From Camelus ferus (taxonomy: Eukaryota): a stretch of DNA of 64,000 nt. The notes below the pieces were generated by a model. It was not told where the DNA came from and did not search any database. It saw only the letters and a list, made by a program, of their open reading frames with translations. Both the position numbers and the translations under genes were made by a program. Where the stretch lies: assembly GCF_009834535.1 (NCBI RefSeq), contig NC_045696.1, positions 79,858,001-79,922,000 on the forward strand. Reading direction: 5' to 3'. Of the stretch, positions 53,333-64,000 are shown piece after piece. Every line of letters begins with the position of its first letter. The stretch's first letter is position 1.

Positions 53333-54357
53333 TATATGTTCCAAAATTCTATAGCACTCACATACACTGCAAAACTAAGGTAAATTAAATACTTTAGAAT
53401 TTAAAATGGTATTTACCATGACTGTTTTTAAACAGGATAGGTTGCAAAGTAAAGAACTCAAAATAGCTATTAAAAATTTGCTTACCTTGGTACAAGTAAC
53501 CTGTCTGTACAATATTTGGTTAATTTCCAGAAAATGCAAGTAAAAATTAAATATCTTGATTTAAACTGCATGGAGATATTTATAATTTTCACACCACTGG
53601 GCTAATAAATGTAATGGCACAGCTGACAAATCTTTCCTTATATTAGAAAAATACAGAACTTATAGTGAAGGTTGCTTAATAAAAGAACTCTGGTAAATCC
53701 AAGGCAATATTTCAGCATTAAAATGTCGATCATGAAGGCAGGGGCAAACAATTAATTATTACATATTTTATTCTGACATATTATATTAATAAAATCATCG
53801 TTAAAATGTCAATCTTGGCTATTGCATAAATGATATTATGAAGAGGTTTATAAGTAAGTCTCAGGTATGGTCTGCTCTTTAGGGAAATCTGCTCATTAGG
53901 TTGAATCTAAATTTCAAAGAAAACTGAAATCTTTCAAATTAAATCCCGATATGTTTAAAAGGATCAAAATTGGAAAATATTGCTCAAATTTTTTATTTTT
54001 CCATTTTCTAGAAAATTCTAATCATCATTCAAAATTTATCATTAATGATAAAGAGCCATATTGACCACTAAGGACTAAAGGTTCCCATCTCAACCATTTA
54101 TCGGTTGAAAGTATAGCAGTGCTTCCTTTGAATGTAATAATGTTAACTCTGAAGATAAAACAATACAATCATAATATTCATCCAATAGTACTACTCACTT
54201 AGATGAACTTTAGGAGGATTAAAAGCATTTATCACACTGCTAAATGGGAAGTTATTTTATTTTAAAATACCATCTTTTTCTTTATTTTTTAAAATAATAC
54301 ATAAAGCTTAGTGGGGAAAAATGGATTATGGGGAAGATTCCAATTTTCCCTTATTAT

Positions 54358-54709
54358 TGTTTATGTATTAAGGTAGACTAACTGCTACAATAACTCCAAA
54401 ATATCAGTAAGTTAAAACAATAAAGGCTGATTTCTCACTCACACTGCAGTCCAATGTGGGTGTTGCTGGTTGGTCCTCCTCCAGTCAGCAACAGGAGAAC
54501 CCATATTCCTTCCATCCTGTAGCTACGCCTTCCTCCATGTCCTGGGAGTCCTCCCTCTTTAGGCAGCTGATAAGGAAAGAAAATAAGAGATCACACTAGG
54601 GGAGGTTTTATGTGCTAACCCTGGGAAGAACATCATTCCTGCCTACATTCCACTGGCCCACATGGCCACACCTAACTGCAAGGGAACATGCCCAACCAAG
54701 TGCCCAGGA
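54358..54709 (-). mobile_element. MLT1J/K-like MaLR LTR, truncated at 54709
   Basis: aactccaaaatatcagtaagttaaaacaataaaggctgatttctcactcacac...cattccactggcc..cacatggccacacctaactgcaaggga...gtgcccagga. Confidence 0.75.
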
Positions 54710-57081
54710 CACACAGACAGACGTGTTCTAAAATCCTACAGCACTCATGTGCACCGCACAACTAAAGTAAATGAAATACTTTAGAGTTTAAAATAATATT
54801 TATTATGACTGCTTTTAAATAGGAGGGTAAAACCCAGGAGGTAAAGCCCTAATTTTCAAAAGAGAAAGTGAAATACAATATTTGAGACTCCAATTTTAAA
54901 TTCTATAGAATTAAAAAGCCATTAATCCTTAGAAAAGTCACTTCTGCCTCTCCAAGTCATTTAAGTCATCTCCAATTCAACGAATTGAGCTGGAAAATTC
55001 CCAAGGTTCTTTCCAGATCTAATCTTGTAAGTGAAGCAATTTACTGCAATTATGGTCAACCCTGATATTGGGAGCATTAAAGGAATAATTTGATAATAAT
55101 CTGTAATAATTTTATCACATTTTCTAATTAGTTGTGACAGGAATTCTACTCACTGAACCACCAACACTGGACACACAGTTTAAAGGTCACAATTTATCCA
55201 AAGCCTCCAGCAAAAAGATAAGGAAAAAAATGTCATAATCCTATCATCCTGAAAATGTTTGAGGTTTATGGTTACTGCAAGATTTATCCTGGGCACTTTG
55301 ACTGCTCTTAAAAATTTACCAGGAAGAACCACCCACCTTAGGTTTAGAGGAAGATAAATCTGATTTTTTTTCTCTTTTGCTAGTCATCTTTTCCCTGTAC
55401 TTTGATTGCTTCCCTTTACTCTTGATCCTCTCACCTGTCTCTCCCACACATAGTCTTTCTTGTTACATAGTTATCCTGGGAAGTTGATTTCTGAGGGAGC
55501 AAAGGGTTCTTTTGATTAGCTAAAGTATAAGGAGAAATTATTATGTTACTGTCTGCAGAGGAAATGAGTTTCCCACATACACTCTTGGTTCATGTAACAA
55601 TAAGCTTTAAAACGTGATAAACATGAGGAAAATAATAGAGAGTTATTAGGACCCCCAAATGCAAACACCTAATTTCAAAGTTTATGTTTGTGTAGCAGCA
55701 AAGAAAGCATAATTAATAACAGTGTACGCTTAACAACAGGACACGTGGACTGATTGTTTTCCCCATTCTCTGCACACGTGCAACATTTATTGACACCAGA
55801 GAAATGTCATGCACTGGGAAAGAACGCCTCAACTGCAGAAAATTTTTGTCAAATTGAAAACTATCATTTGAAACTTTCGTTTTTAGCATGGCTTACTTGT
55901 TACAAGCTGCAATTTCTCATCTGGACACTTAATTTATTTTCAAAATCAAGGAAAATCTTTGATGAAGAAAGGGAAATTAAAATTTTTATTTTAACGTCTC
56001 TGATTATTACAAAACATTCCAGCTTTTAAAATCTTTATATTTTAAAATTTCAATCTGTGTATATTGGACTCTTCATGAAAGACAAGCCCAATTCTAAATT
56101 ATCAAATTATTACCATCACAAGATGAAAACCTGATATTTTGTTGTCCGGCCAAAAGCAGTCCAAAATTCCCACTATTTTAAATAATAAATATTATAACAT
56201 TTATAATTATAATGTAATAAATATTTTAAAGCTAATTTTTTCTAAATCGATTCACTAATGAGTTATTCAATAATGTACCAGAAATATTTAAATATACATG
56301 AATATATATACTTATTTATTTATAATATTACTCCTTTCCTTTATAAGAGCAATGTGAGACAGGTTCAAAGTCTCAAGATTGTCTATCTCTAGAAAAACAA
56401 AAATATTAATATATTAAAACATAGCGAGGATGTGTCAGGATCTGGAGCAAAGATAATCTGTATTTTCACGTCTACTCTATGTTGCAGTATTTCTTCTTGG
56501 GGCTGTAACAATTTCCTTTGAGAAGGTATCTTCAGTGGAGAATCCAATCCCTATTCTTGTATACACACTCTGCTTACTCACCTACTTCCTTAATCATCTT
56601 CAGGATTGAGGGCAGAAGCCACAGAAGAACCCCATTTCTATTGGCTCTGAGTGGGAAGAGAGGGAGGCCATGCTCCAGCACATACCCTCCTCAGCGGAGA
56701 GCCCCGTGGAAGCCTGGATGCCACGCCTTCAGCATCAAGCCAAGAGCACAATGTCGTAAACGAGCAAATCAGGCTGCCACACAAAGCCCACACTTTTGCC
56801 ACATGCAAAAAAGCTGATGTAGGCTCTTGGGCATCAGTCTTTCTGCCCTGCTGTGAGATGGCTTAGCAAAGTGATCCTGCCAGCAGTCACTTATGCTGCC
56901 AGCAGCTGTAAAAGAAATGGGATAGAGAGACTGTTTTTCTTCTGTCCTGGCCTTACTGGGATACCCTTAATATCTTTCTGGAAGCAAACTAGAGGGTTAA
57001 ATAACTTCACTGAAGTTTTTGATCCAGAATTTAAGGCAAAATACCCTTCCCCAAGATATTCAGAGAGACCATCAGAAAAGT

Positions 57082-57167
57082 TATTATTTTTTAATGGAGA
57101 TACCAGGATTGAACCTAGGATCTACCACTGAAATATGACCCACCTGAGATATGACCCACCTGCCCCC
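57082..57167 (-). mobile_element. Rearranged camelid tRNA-derived SINE remnant
   Basis: ttttttaatggagataccaggattgaacctagga|tctaccactga... has the same layout as the 1163 and 11261 copies but lacks the middle segment. Confidence 0.6.
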
Positions 57168-57185
57168 TATTTGAGTGTTAGGAAG

Positions 57186-57542
57186 TATTATGGGTTGAAT
57201 CATGTTCCCCTAAAAAATTTATAGGCTGAAGTCCTAATCCCAAGATGCAGATTGTGATTGTATTTGCAAATAGAGTTTTTAAAGAGGTAATTAAGGTAAA
57301 ATTGAGGTCTTTAAGTGAGACTCAATCCAATATGACTGGTATCCTTATAAGAGGAGAGTAGAATACAGACACACACAGAGGAAACACCTTGCAAAGACAC
57401 AGGAGATCTACAAGCTAAAGAGAGAGGTCTAAGAAGAAATCAACCCTGCAGATACCTCTGGAACTATGAGAAAATTAATTCCTGTTATTTAAGCCACTCA
57501 GTCTGTGATACTTTCATATGGCAACCCTAGCAAACTAATACA
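57186..57542 (+). mobile_element. MLT1B-like MaLR solo LTR
   Basis: tattatgggttgaatcatgttcccctaaaa...tttaaagaggtaattaagg...aatccaatatgactggtatccttataagagg...atggcaaccctagcaaactaataca. Confidence 0.88.
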
Positions 57543-59179
57543 AGAACTAACAGCTTACAAAAGGCAGTAAAGTAAGATTGTGACCTTAGAACCAAGGTCC
57601 AGAGCAGCTTCCTTCTTCGGTACCTCACTCAACACACATCCAGGTATGACTATTTACTCTTTTGGTCTGGACAGGCCATCCCAGAATTCGTTCCAGCAAT
57701 GAACATATGTAAGCACCAAGCTGGAAAAAATATTCCATGTCATATAAAGGATCTTTATTTTTGCTGGAAGACTGGAACCTGGTACCTAAATAGCTTAAGT
57801 TCTTAATTCACATCTCTGAATGCCAGACCTGCTGCATGCATCGTCCTTGTTCATCCTTCCAAATAGCACCCGGCACTCAGCATCAAGCCCAGCTGCACAC
57901 TCACAACCATCGCTGCATAACCCATCACTACCTCTAGCTAAGTGCTGGCTCTGACTTTGGTGTCAAAATTGTACGCTTTGTTCCCCCTCTGGTTCCTCAC
58001 ACCTGCAAAGGACACTGTTGTGGGCAGTGTAAGTTCTTTCCCTCAGCCATCAGAAATTTGTCCCTCAACAAGTTTAAATTAGAAATTAGAAAATGGATCA
58101 TGAGCCATCAAAGTCACTGAGGAATGAAGTAAGTAATCAACAAGTTAAATCAGCCTTCCAGTTTAAAATCAACTCCTTACGGCTTTTAATATTAGTTTAA
58201 AACTTCTTTCCAAAATACCTTGCCAGTAATAATATAAATTGCTGTGTGTTAAATGATGTTTTTCTTTGTTGGAAAGTTCAAATCTATTATTTTTTCTTAT
58301 TGGTTATTGGCACTCAGTTGTCTGTGAAAAAATGTATTCCTATAAATAAATATGGATTTTTATAATATGCTATTTTCAGAAAAATGAGATGACTATAGAT
58401 AGTAGACACTTCCACTTTTTATCCAATGCTCAACCCTCGTTAGAAGGAAACGTTGTAGAAAGGAATAAATTCCTTTTAAAATTTCACATAAATTTCCTTT
58501 TGGTCTGTTTCAAATACTAATGGACCAAGTTAAAACAGGAAGCTCAGAGTGACAGCAGGCTTTATCAAGAAAGATACTGTAGATGAGCAAAGAAAATTTA
58601 AAGAAATTCTTAAATAGCTGAATTCATCCCAAATGGCTCTTGTGATCTGGAGGAAAAGGAAGTTTTGCTGGGAGGAAGTTGAGAAACAATTTTTTTTTTT
58701 AATACCTAAAGGCTTTGCCAGGTATTGGAAGAAAGAAAATATATAGTTTGTCTAGTTAGCCATGTTATTTATAGATAATACTTACAATCTAGATATTTCA
58801 ACTAGTTTTTTAAAGTACAAATTGCTCTACAGTGTTTGTTCATAAGGTAATTATGTTAGACTTAAGAATTCGAATTTTAAAATCAAGTTAAAAATGACAA
58901 CTCAGGAAATAGAATTTTTATTTTTACCTTCAAGCAAGCTCAGTTTAGAGGTGTCTGCTTACAAACTTTTCCTCCTTTAATTGGTTTTCTTAATATGAAA
59001 TAGTATTTCCAGAACTAATTAAAATTTTATTCTAATGAATAGTCAAGACCAAAATATGTTATCTTTGCAGTGCAGTATATAGATTTTTAAGTCATCCATA
59101 AAGGTAATTATATTTTTTTACATTCTTAAAAAGTCATGTATTGTTATTGATGCCAAATTGGTTGTTTGCTTCCTCTCAG

Positions 59180-59327
59180 GCCATGATTGAAGAAGCCATC
59201 ACCAGAACGGAATCTTTCTCGGTTATGTACACACCATTTGCAACAAAAATCAGAGCTGATAAAATAGAAAAAGTAAAAGAGGTTTTCACAAAAACTCATC
59301 CTGCATATGTGGACTATATCTACACAG
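59180..59327 (+). CDS. SPATA16: SPATA16 internal coding exon (human exon 6 equivalent), phase 0-1, AMIEEAITRTESFSVMYTPFATKIRADKIEKVKEVFTKTHPAYVDYIYT
   Basis: Acceptor tttgcttcctctcAG (AG 59178-59179), donor ACAG|gtaaga at 59328, 148 nt. Phase matches the upstream exon; it lies inside ORF 59141..59359 and matches recalled SPATA16 sequence. Confidence 0.96.
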
Positions 59328-60124
59328 GTAAGACTCAATGCCTTCAAGGTATCAGCTGACACTCCATTTCCATAAAAACCAATATAGGCCATTTCTGGAG
59401 GTTTTGTCTATTATTTCAGTTTCAGGGATACACTGTTTTAATCTGATGAGTCGAACTGGGAAGTTATTTTAAGGTTTTCTATAGGGCAAGCCCTACAGGT
59501 CTAGCACAATATTCCTTGTGCCATCGTGTTTCTTTTTTTAAGAGGAGAGGTAAAAAAAACCTAGAAATTCTAAGATTATAAAACATGAAGGAATAACCTG
59601 TGGTAAAATGTCACCTTTCCCCATATCCTTCATCAGTAAACTAGGTGACTATAGCAGTTTCCTGAAGATGGATTTCTTTTCCCTCCAGTGCCTGCTCTTT
59701 CTACTTTCCTTCTTCCATCTATCTCACACCTTAAACCTCCCTCTTCTTTTATGTTCTTGGGGCCCTGGTATCCAAATGGGATCTGGATAGCCAAGTGTAC
59801 ATAGAGAACACAACACTGGTATCGTCCTTTTTCCCTCTTTCTGTCTTTGGAAGCCACTTGCTTTTTTTCATTCATTCCAGAATACTTTTTACTATCTACT
59901 ATATCTACTACTATAATACAATGGTTATTCTGAGACAAGGATTTCCTTATACTAACTTAAGAGCCAATCAACAATGACTACCATGTTAAGCAAAATCTCA
60001 AAATGCACATGCTTATTACCACATCCTCCTATTAAGACCCCTTCATTTCTTTTGTCAGGGTTTTGGGGCCAGATCACTGAATTGTACGATTAATAATACA
60101 TTCCATTAGTGATAACTTTTAAGA

Positions 60125-60325
60125 TGCCAGGCAATCGACATTTATTATATCTCCTGTTACTCCCATAACTTTTGAAGTGAGTAAGATGATTCTCATTTAG
60201 AAGCAAGAAAATAGCAACCAGAGAAAATAAACAGCTTTTCCAAAGATACACAGGAAATCAACAAATCAGTGGCAGCAAGTCTTGAATTTGAACCCATGTC
60301 CTTGCATCGAGCTACACTATTTCCT
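60125..60325 (-). mobile_element. MIR SINE
   Basis: tgccaggc...gattctcatttagaagcaagaaaa...tttccaaagatacacag...gaatttgaacccatgtc. Confidence 0.55.
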
Positions 60326-62587
60326 TCTGATAGAAGCAGAGATGTGACAGAAGTATTAAATTTAAGTCCTATAGAGTCTTTATTTTTTCCACAATGCCTC
60401 AAGCTCTTCAAAGCAAAGATATTAAAGATAATCAAGTGATGACTGAATAGTGAATCCCTAAGAAACAATGAAAATCTGAAGGCAGAAAAAGTGAAGAGAA
60501 GAAAGCACATGCATCCTGTGATGACCACTGAGGCTAATTTACTTAGTTGGAGCATTTTGTAAGGAAGTAGATAAAAATGTTTCGCAACTCACATTTTTTT
60601 TGCTAATTGTTACAGATCATTTATCATTTTATCATGCTTATCTTCAGGATTTTTTTGGGGGGGAGTGGCATAACAGCACACAAAAATTATGTCTATCTAG
60701 TGTCATGGAAAATTAATCAGATTCAGCTCTTTCCTTATCTACTGTCAGATACATTGGTAATGAAGAGATTCATTGAGGAGATCACCAGTTTCCCAATTCC
60801 TCTACTGGTAGAATCAAGTTTAGTTATATTTAACCTACTTCACAGAGAAGTCGTGAAGATTAATCAATACTTAGGAAGCACTGTTTCCAGTGAGGGTTTA
60901 AAAACAATAATAACAGTAACGAGTCAGATTCGTGTCTCATGTAACTCCATCAAACCTGTCATCAAGATGAGTTATGATCCATTGGCAAGATGATTCATGC
61001 TAAAGGATCTTATACGTTGGAAGAGAAGATAATTATAAGTTACTAATAATTGTTTCTGTTATTTAAGAATTACTGGAGTGTGACAGTGTTACATGAAAAG
61101 GGAGAGAGGAAAGACACAGCTTCTGAAGGAGAACAGGAGGTAGAGAAGGCAATCTAGAATTTCACATTTCAGTAGGACTGGTTAGGTTCTTTGCTCTGTA
61201 GAATGGGTACTTTGCGCTAACAGGCCATTGCATTGATGACATTATTTGCCTCTGTTGCAAATGATTAAAGGGTCTCTTTCCAAAGCCACTGCTGGAATGA
61301 TGGTGAAACTACTGTTATTAACTGTATGTGCAAATCTTAGTGGTATGGTTTCCTTTCCCCCCAGGCAATTCCAAGGTGAGGAAGGGGGCAAGTCAAATGT
61401 GGTCTTTAGCTTCAGGATATTTCTCACAGGACATACAGACTGGTGATTAGGGCGGGCATCAGTAGACAAAAGTAGTAGCTAGAATGTAAGTCACACGAGG
61501 AGAGATAAGGCCTAGAAGAGTGACCTTGTTTCGTTGGCATGACCCCAAACCTAAGATTCTTCTTTTACCTGCCTTGTAGATAGAATTTAAGAAGCTTCTA
61601 GGCTGCCAAAAATTTATTGACTTTTTAATTCAACAAACAGTCATGCACAGGGTGCCTGGACAATCACACAAGGAATGTGTGCAAACATGAGACTTTTTTT
61701 AACCTACCCATATTCAACTTTGGTCTGCCCAGAGCCCAAAATATATTCTATTCCACCCCAGAGGATTTGACTCAATCCCATCCAGTCATTTCTAAAATTT
61801 AGTCTGCCTTCAGTTACTATCTAATCAAATTCACCAGCTTTTTACCCCTTTCCACACAGGATTTTCTTCTCCCCCTTGCCTTGTTTCAACTTTCAGAGCT
61901 CAAGCATACCCACTGATCCCATGGTTAGTGCCGCTTGAGACAGCTCTGTCAGGCTGAGCAGAATCTGATGGGCTCCTTTATCTAACACATGAGGGGACCC
62001 AAGGGGACCCGCAAGAGTTCCCCATGCTTCCTCTTGGCTGTAGATTCTTCTTAAATGTGTAAGAACCACCCCAACCATACAAGCTGACCCAAACTAGAGC
62101 CACTCTCTGGGAGTCCCTCCCTGCCAGAGTGCTGGCTTGTGAATCCAATCACCTTCTGGATCTTACTCTAGAAATCCCCTCTGCTCCACTGGAGACTGGA
62201 AGTGGTTTTAACCCTCTCTCCAACTTGCTGTTATTCTGCCATTTCTCCTCTCCTTTCTCCACGCTCCAGAATCCAAGATCCTCAGGTCAAGAAGAGAATG
62301 TACAATGGAGATGGATAGTCTATTCATCTGTTCATCGATTATTTATTGACCACATATATTCCAGGCACTATACTAGGTAGTGCTAGAATATACCTGCTTC
62401 TAAGAAAGAATATGACCTTAGTAATTTGTATTTCAGGATGGAAACTGGATTATGTATTTCCTCTCTTGTAGAGAATATTTCAATTAAAACCTAAGCTCTA
62501 ATTGTGGAATGGAAGGCTTATTCTAATTAAAAGAATGATGGAGGAGGAAACAGTTTGGGGGTACAAGAAAGCCTCTGAAAGTGGCAA

Positions 62588-62961
62588 AGACTAGCTAATT
62601 GTTTACCAAACTATTTTCTTTTCCCCCAGTGCATGTAATTAGAATACACTGCCAGCTTCCTTTACAGTTAGATGAAGCTCATGACTCAGTAATGGCCAAT
62701 GAGATGTGGACAGAAATAACATATGCCATTCCCAGGCCTAGCCCATAAACCTCTACCATGAAGAACTCTCCCTAGCCAATGACTGAGTGGGTAGGACCAT
62801 GGAACTAAAGAAGCTACAAGACAAAAGAAGCTTGGATCCCTAAATGACCATGTGGAAGGCAACCCACTGAATACCAATATGAACAAAAAACCAAAATTCT
62901 CTTATTTTAGATCTGAGATTTGGGATTTCTTTGTTAAATCAAGTAGCTTTACTCTAATACA
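62588..62961 (+). mobile_element. MLT1I/J-like MaLR solo LTR
   Basis: ccagcttcctttacagttagatg...tggccaatgagatgtggacagaa...ccaggcctagccc...cttggatccctaaatgaccatgtgga...ctaataca. Confidence 0.75.
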
Positions 62962-64000
62962 CTGCCTTACATCCTAACAAGTAGGCAGTGTCCTACTCCA
63001 TCTACAATGTACACAATAAATTCATGAGAATTCAGTGGAGGATGGGTAAACACTCCTCCATATGCAGTACAATTCATCCTCAGAAACAGAGTCTGTGTAC
63101 CTTCTCTTCTACCATCTCATCCTTCCTTGGACAACTACACGTGGATGGTCTCATATGTGTTTGTACCCACTCACAGAAAGGGGGCACTGTTTCACAAGAG
63201 ATGCTGATGTCCCATGGGAGACAGAACACAATTGTGTAGTCTTCATTGAAGCAAGAGAAATTGAGGCCGTAAGTAAGAATTACAGAAATCATCTAAACAA
63301 ACAATCAACAGATGAAAGTCATAAGATCTGTACCTTGAAGATGTTGGATGGAAAGTCTACCTATCAAAGTTCTGCTGGATAAGTAGGTATTATCATTAAA
63401 ACTTGGAGACTAACACATTTAATTCTTCCAGCAGAGGTTGGCAGACAAACCTCCAGCTCAGAAACTCTGCCCAAATCCAGGTCACCTTCATCAAGCCTTG
63501 AGAGTATTGAGTTCATTACTCCTTGGTCACGTGACAATGCCGTGAGCCCAGCAATAGCTGGCAGAGGTGGTGGTGACGAGCAGGAAGAATGTTCACAACA
63601 GAGATGCCCCAGGCAGCATATTCTTCCTAGGTAGCCCCTAATTCATGTTCGTCCTTGTCAGGGATTTCCACAGGAAAAACAGATGCAAAGGGAAAAAAAC
63701 TGTAAAAATAAATTCATTTTGAAATGCATGTAGGTCTAAATATTATAAATGTATTAAATGGACCAAATAAATTCAATGATTTATTATGAGAAAAACCCAC
63801 TTCACCCTCAGTGGCAGGCACTAGGACCATACTGCCCCTATAACTTCTACAAGACTGATAAGGGAGGGTTAAAATTCAAATCAAATCGTGAGACAACCAG
63901 GCTTATATATCCTCAGGAATTTACTGTGCATTCTTTGCTATTTTGGGGATGTGGTAAGACCCACCAAAATCTTAAAGCCATATTATAATAGAGCTATATT

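Larger units (their letters stand above)
39888..59179 (+). other. SPATA16: SPATA16 intron, GT-AG, 19,292 nt
   Basis: Defined by the flanking splice sites and a continuous reading frame across the junction. Confidence 0.9.

Noticed and set aside
60193..60993. 120-aa and 128-aa ORFs after the last exon as further SPATA16 exons
   Set aside because: Neither resembles the downstream SPATA16 peptide as I recall it (DLQ.LH.LPQTVDW...). One is on the minus strand and overlaps a MIR; the next exon appears to lie beyond the window.
1..64000. A novel multi-gene or prokaryote-style system (CRISPR array, operon, defence island)
   Set aside because: The DNA is mammalian intron. There are no repeat-spacer arrays and no long ORFs (longest 131 aa), and the only supported host coding sequence is three SPATA16 exons.

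Overview
Mammalian genomic DNA, AT-rich and repeat-dense. It is most likely camelid (alpaca/llama/camel), judged from tRNA-Ala-derived SINEs of the Vicugna/Camelus type. The window lies inside the + strand gene SPATA16 (spermatogenesis-associated 16, a TPR protein needed for acrosome formation). Three internal coding exons are present: 5381-5470 (90 nt), 39803-39887 (85 nt) and 59180-59327 (148 nt). They have canonical AG/GT ends and splice into one continuous frame, and they correspond to human exons 4-6 as I recall them. The remaining >99% is intron, filled with transposon fossils: a ~5 kb internally deleted L1MC-type LINE, younger L1 3' ends with TSDs, L2/MIR/CR1, MaLR/ERVL solo LTRs, hAT MITEs and a hAT-Charlie transposase fossil. 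I found no evidence for a new gene or an undescribed multi-gene system. The best second-look items are the Charlie transposase fossil with its matching MITE, a non-repeat ~100 bp local duplication, a CTCF-like site in a CpG-retaining patch, a perfect palindrome at a repeat breakpoint, and the CpG at the exon donor known from human globozoospermia. Repeat subfamily names come from recalled consensus sequences and need RepeatMasker/Dfam confirmation; repeat boundaries without a TSD are approximate.
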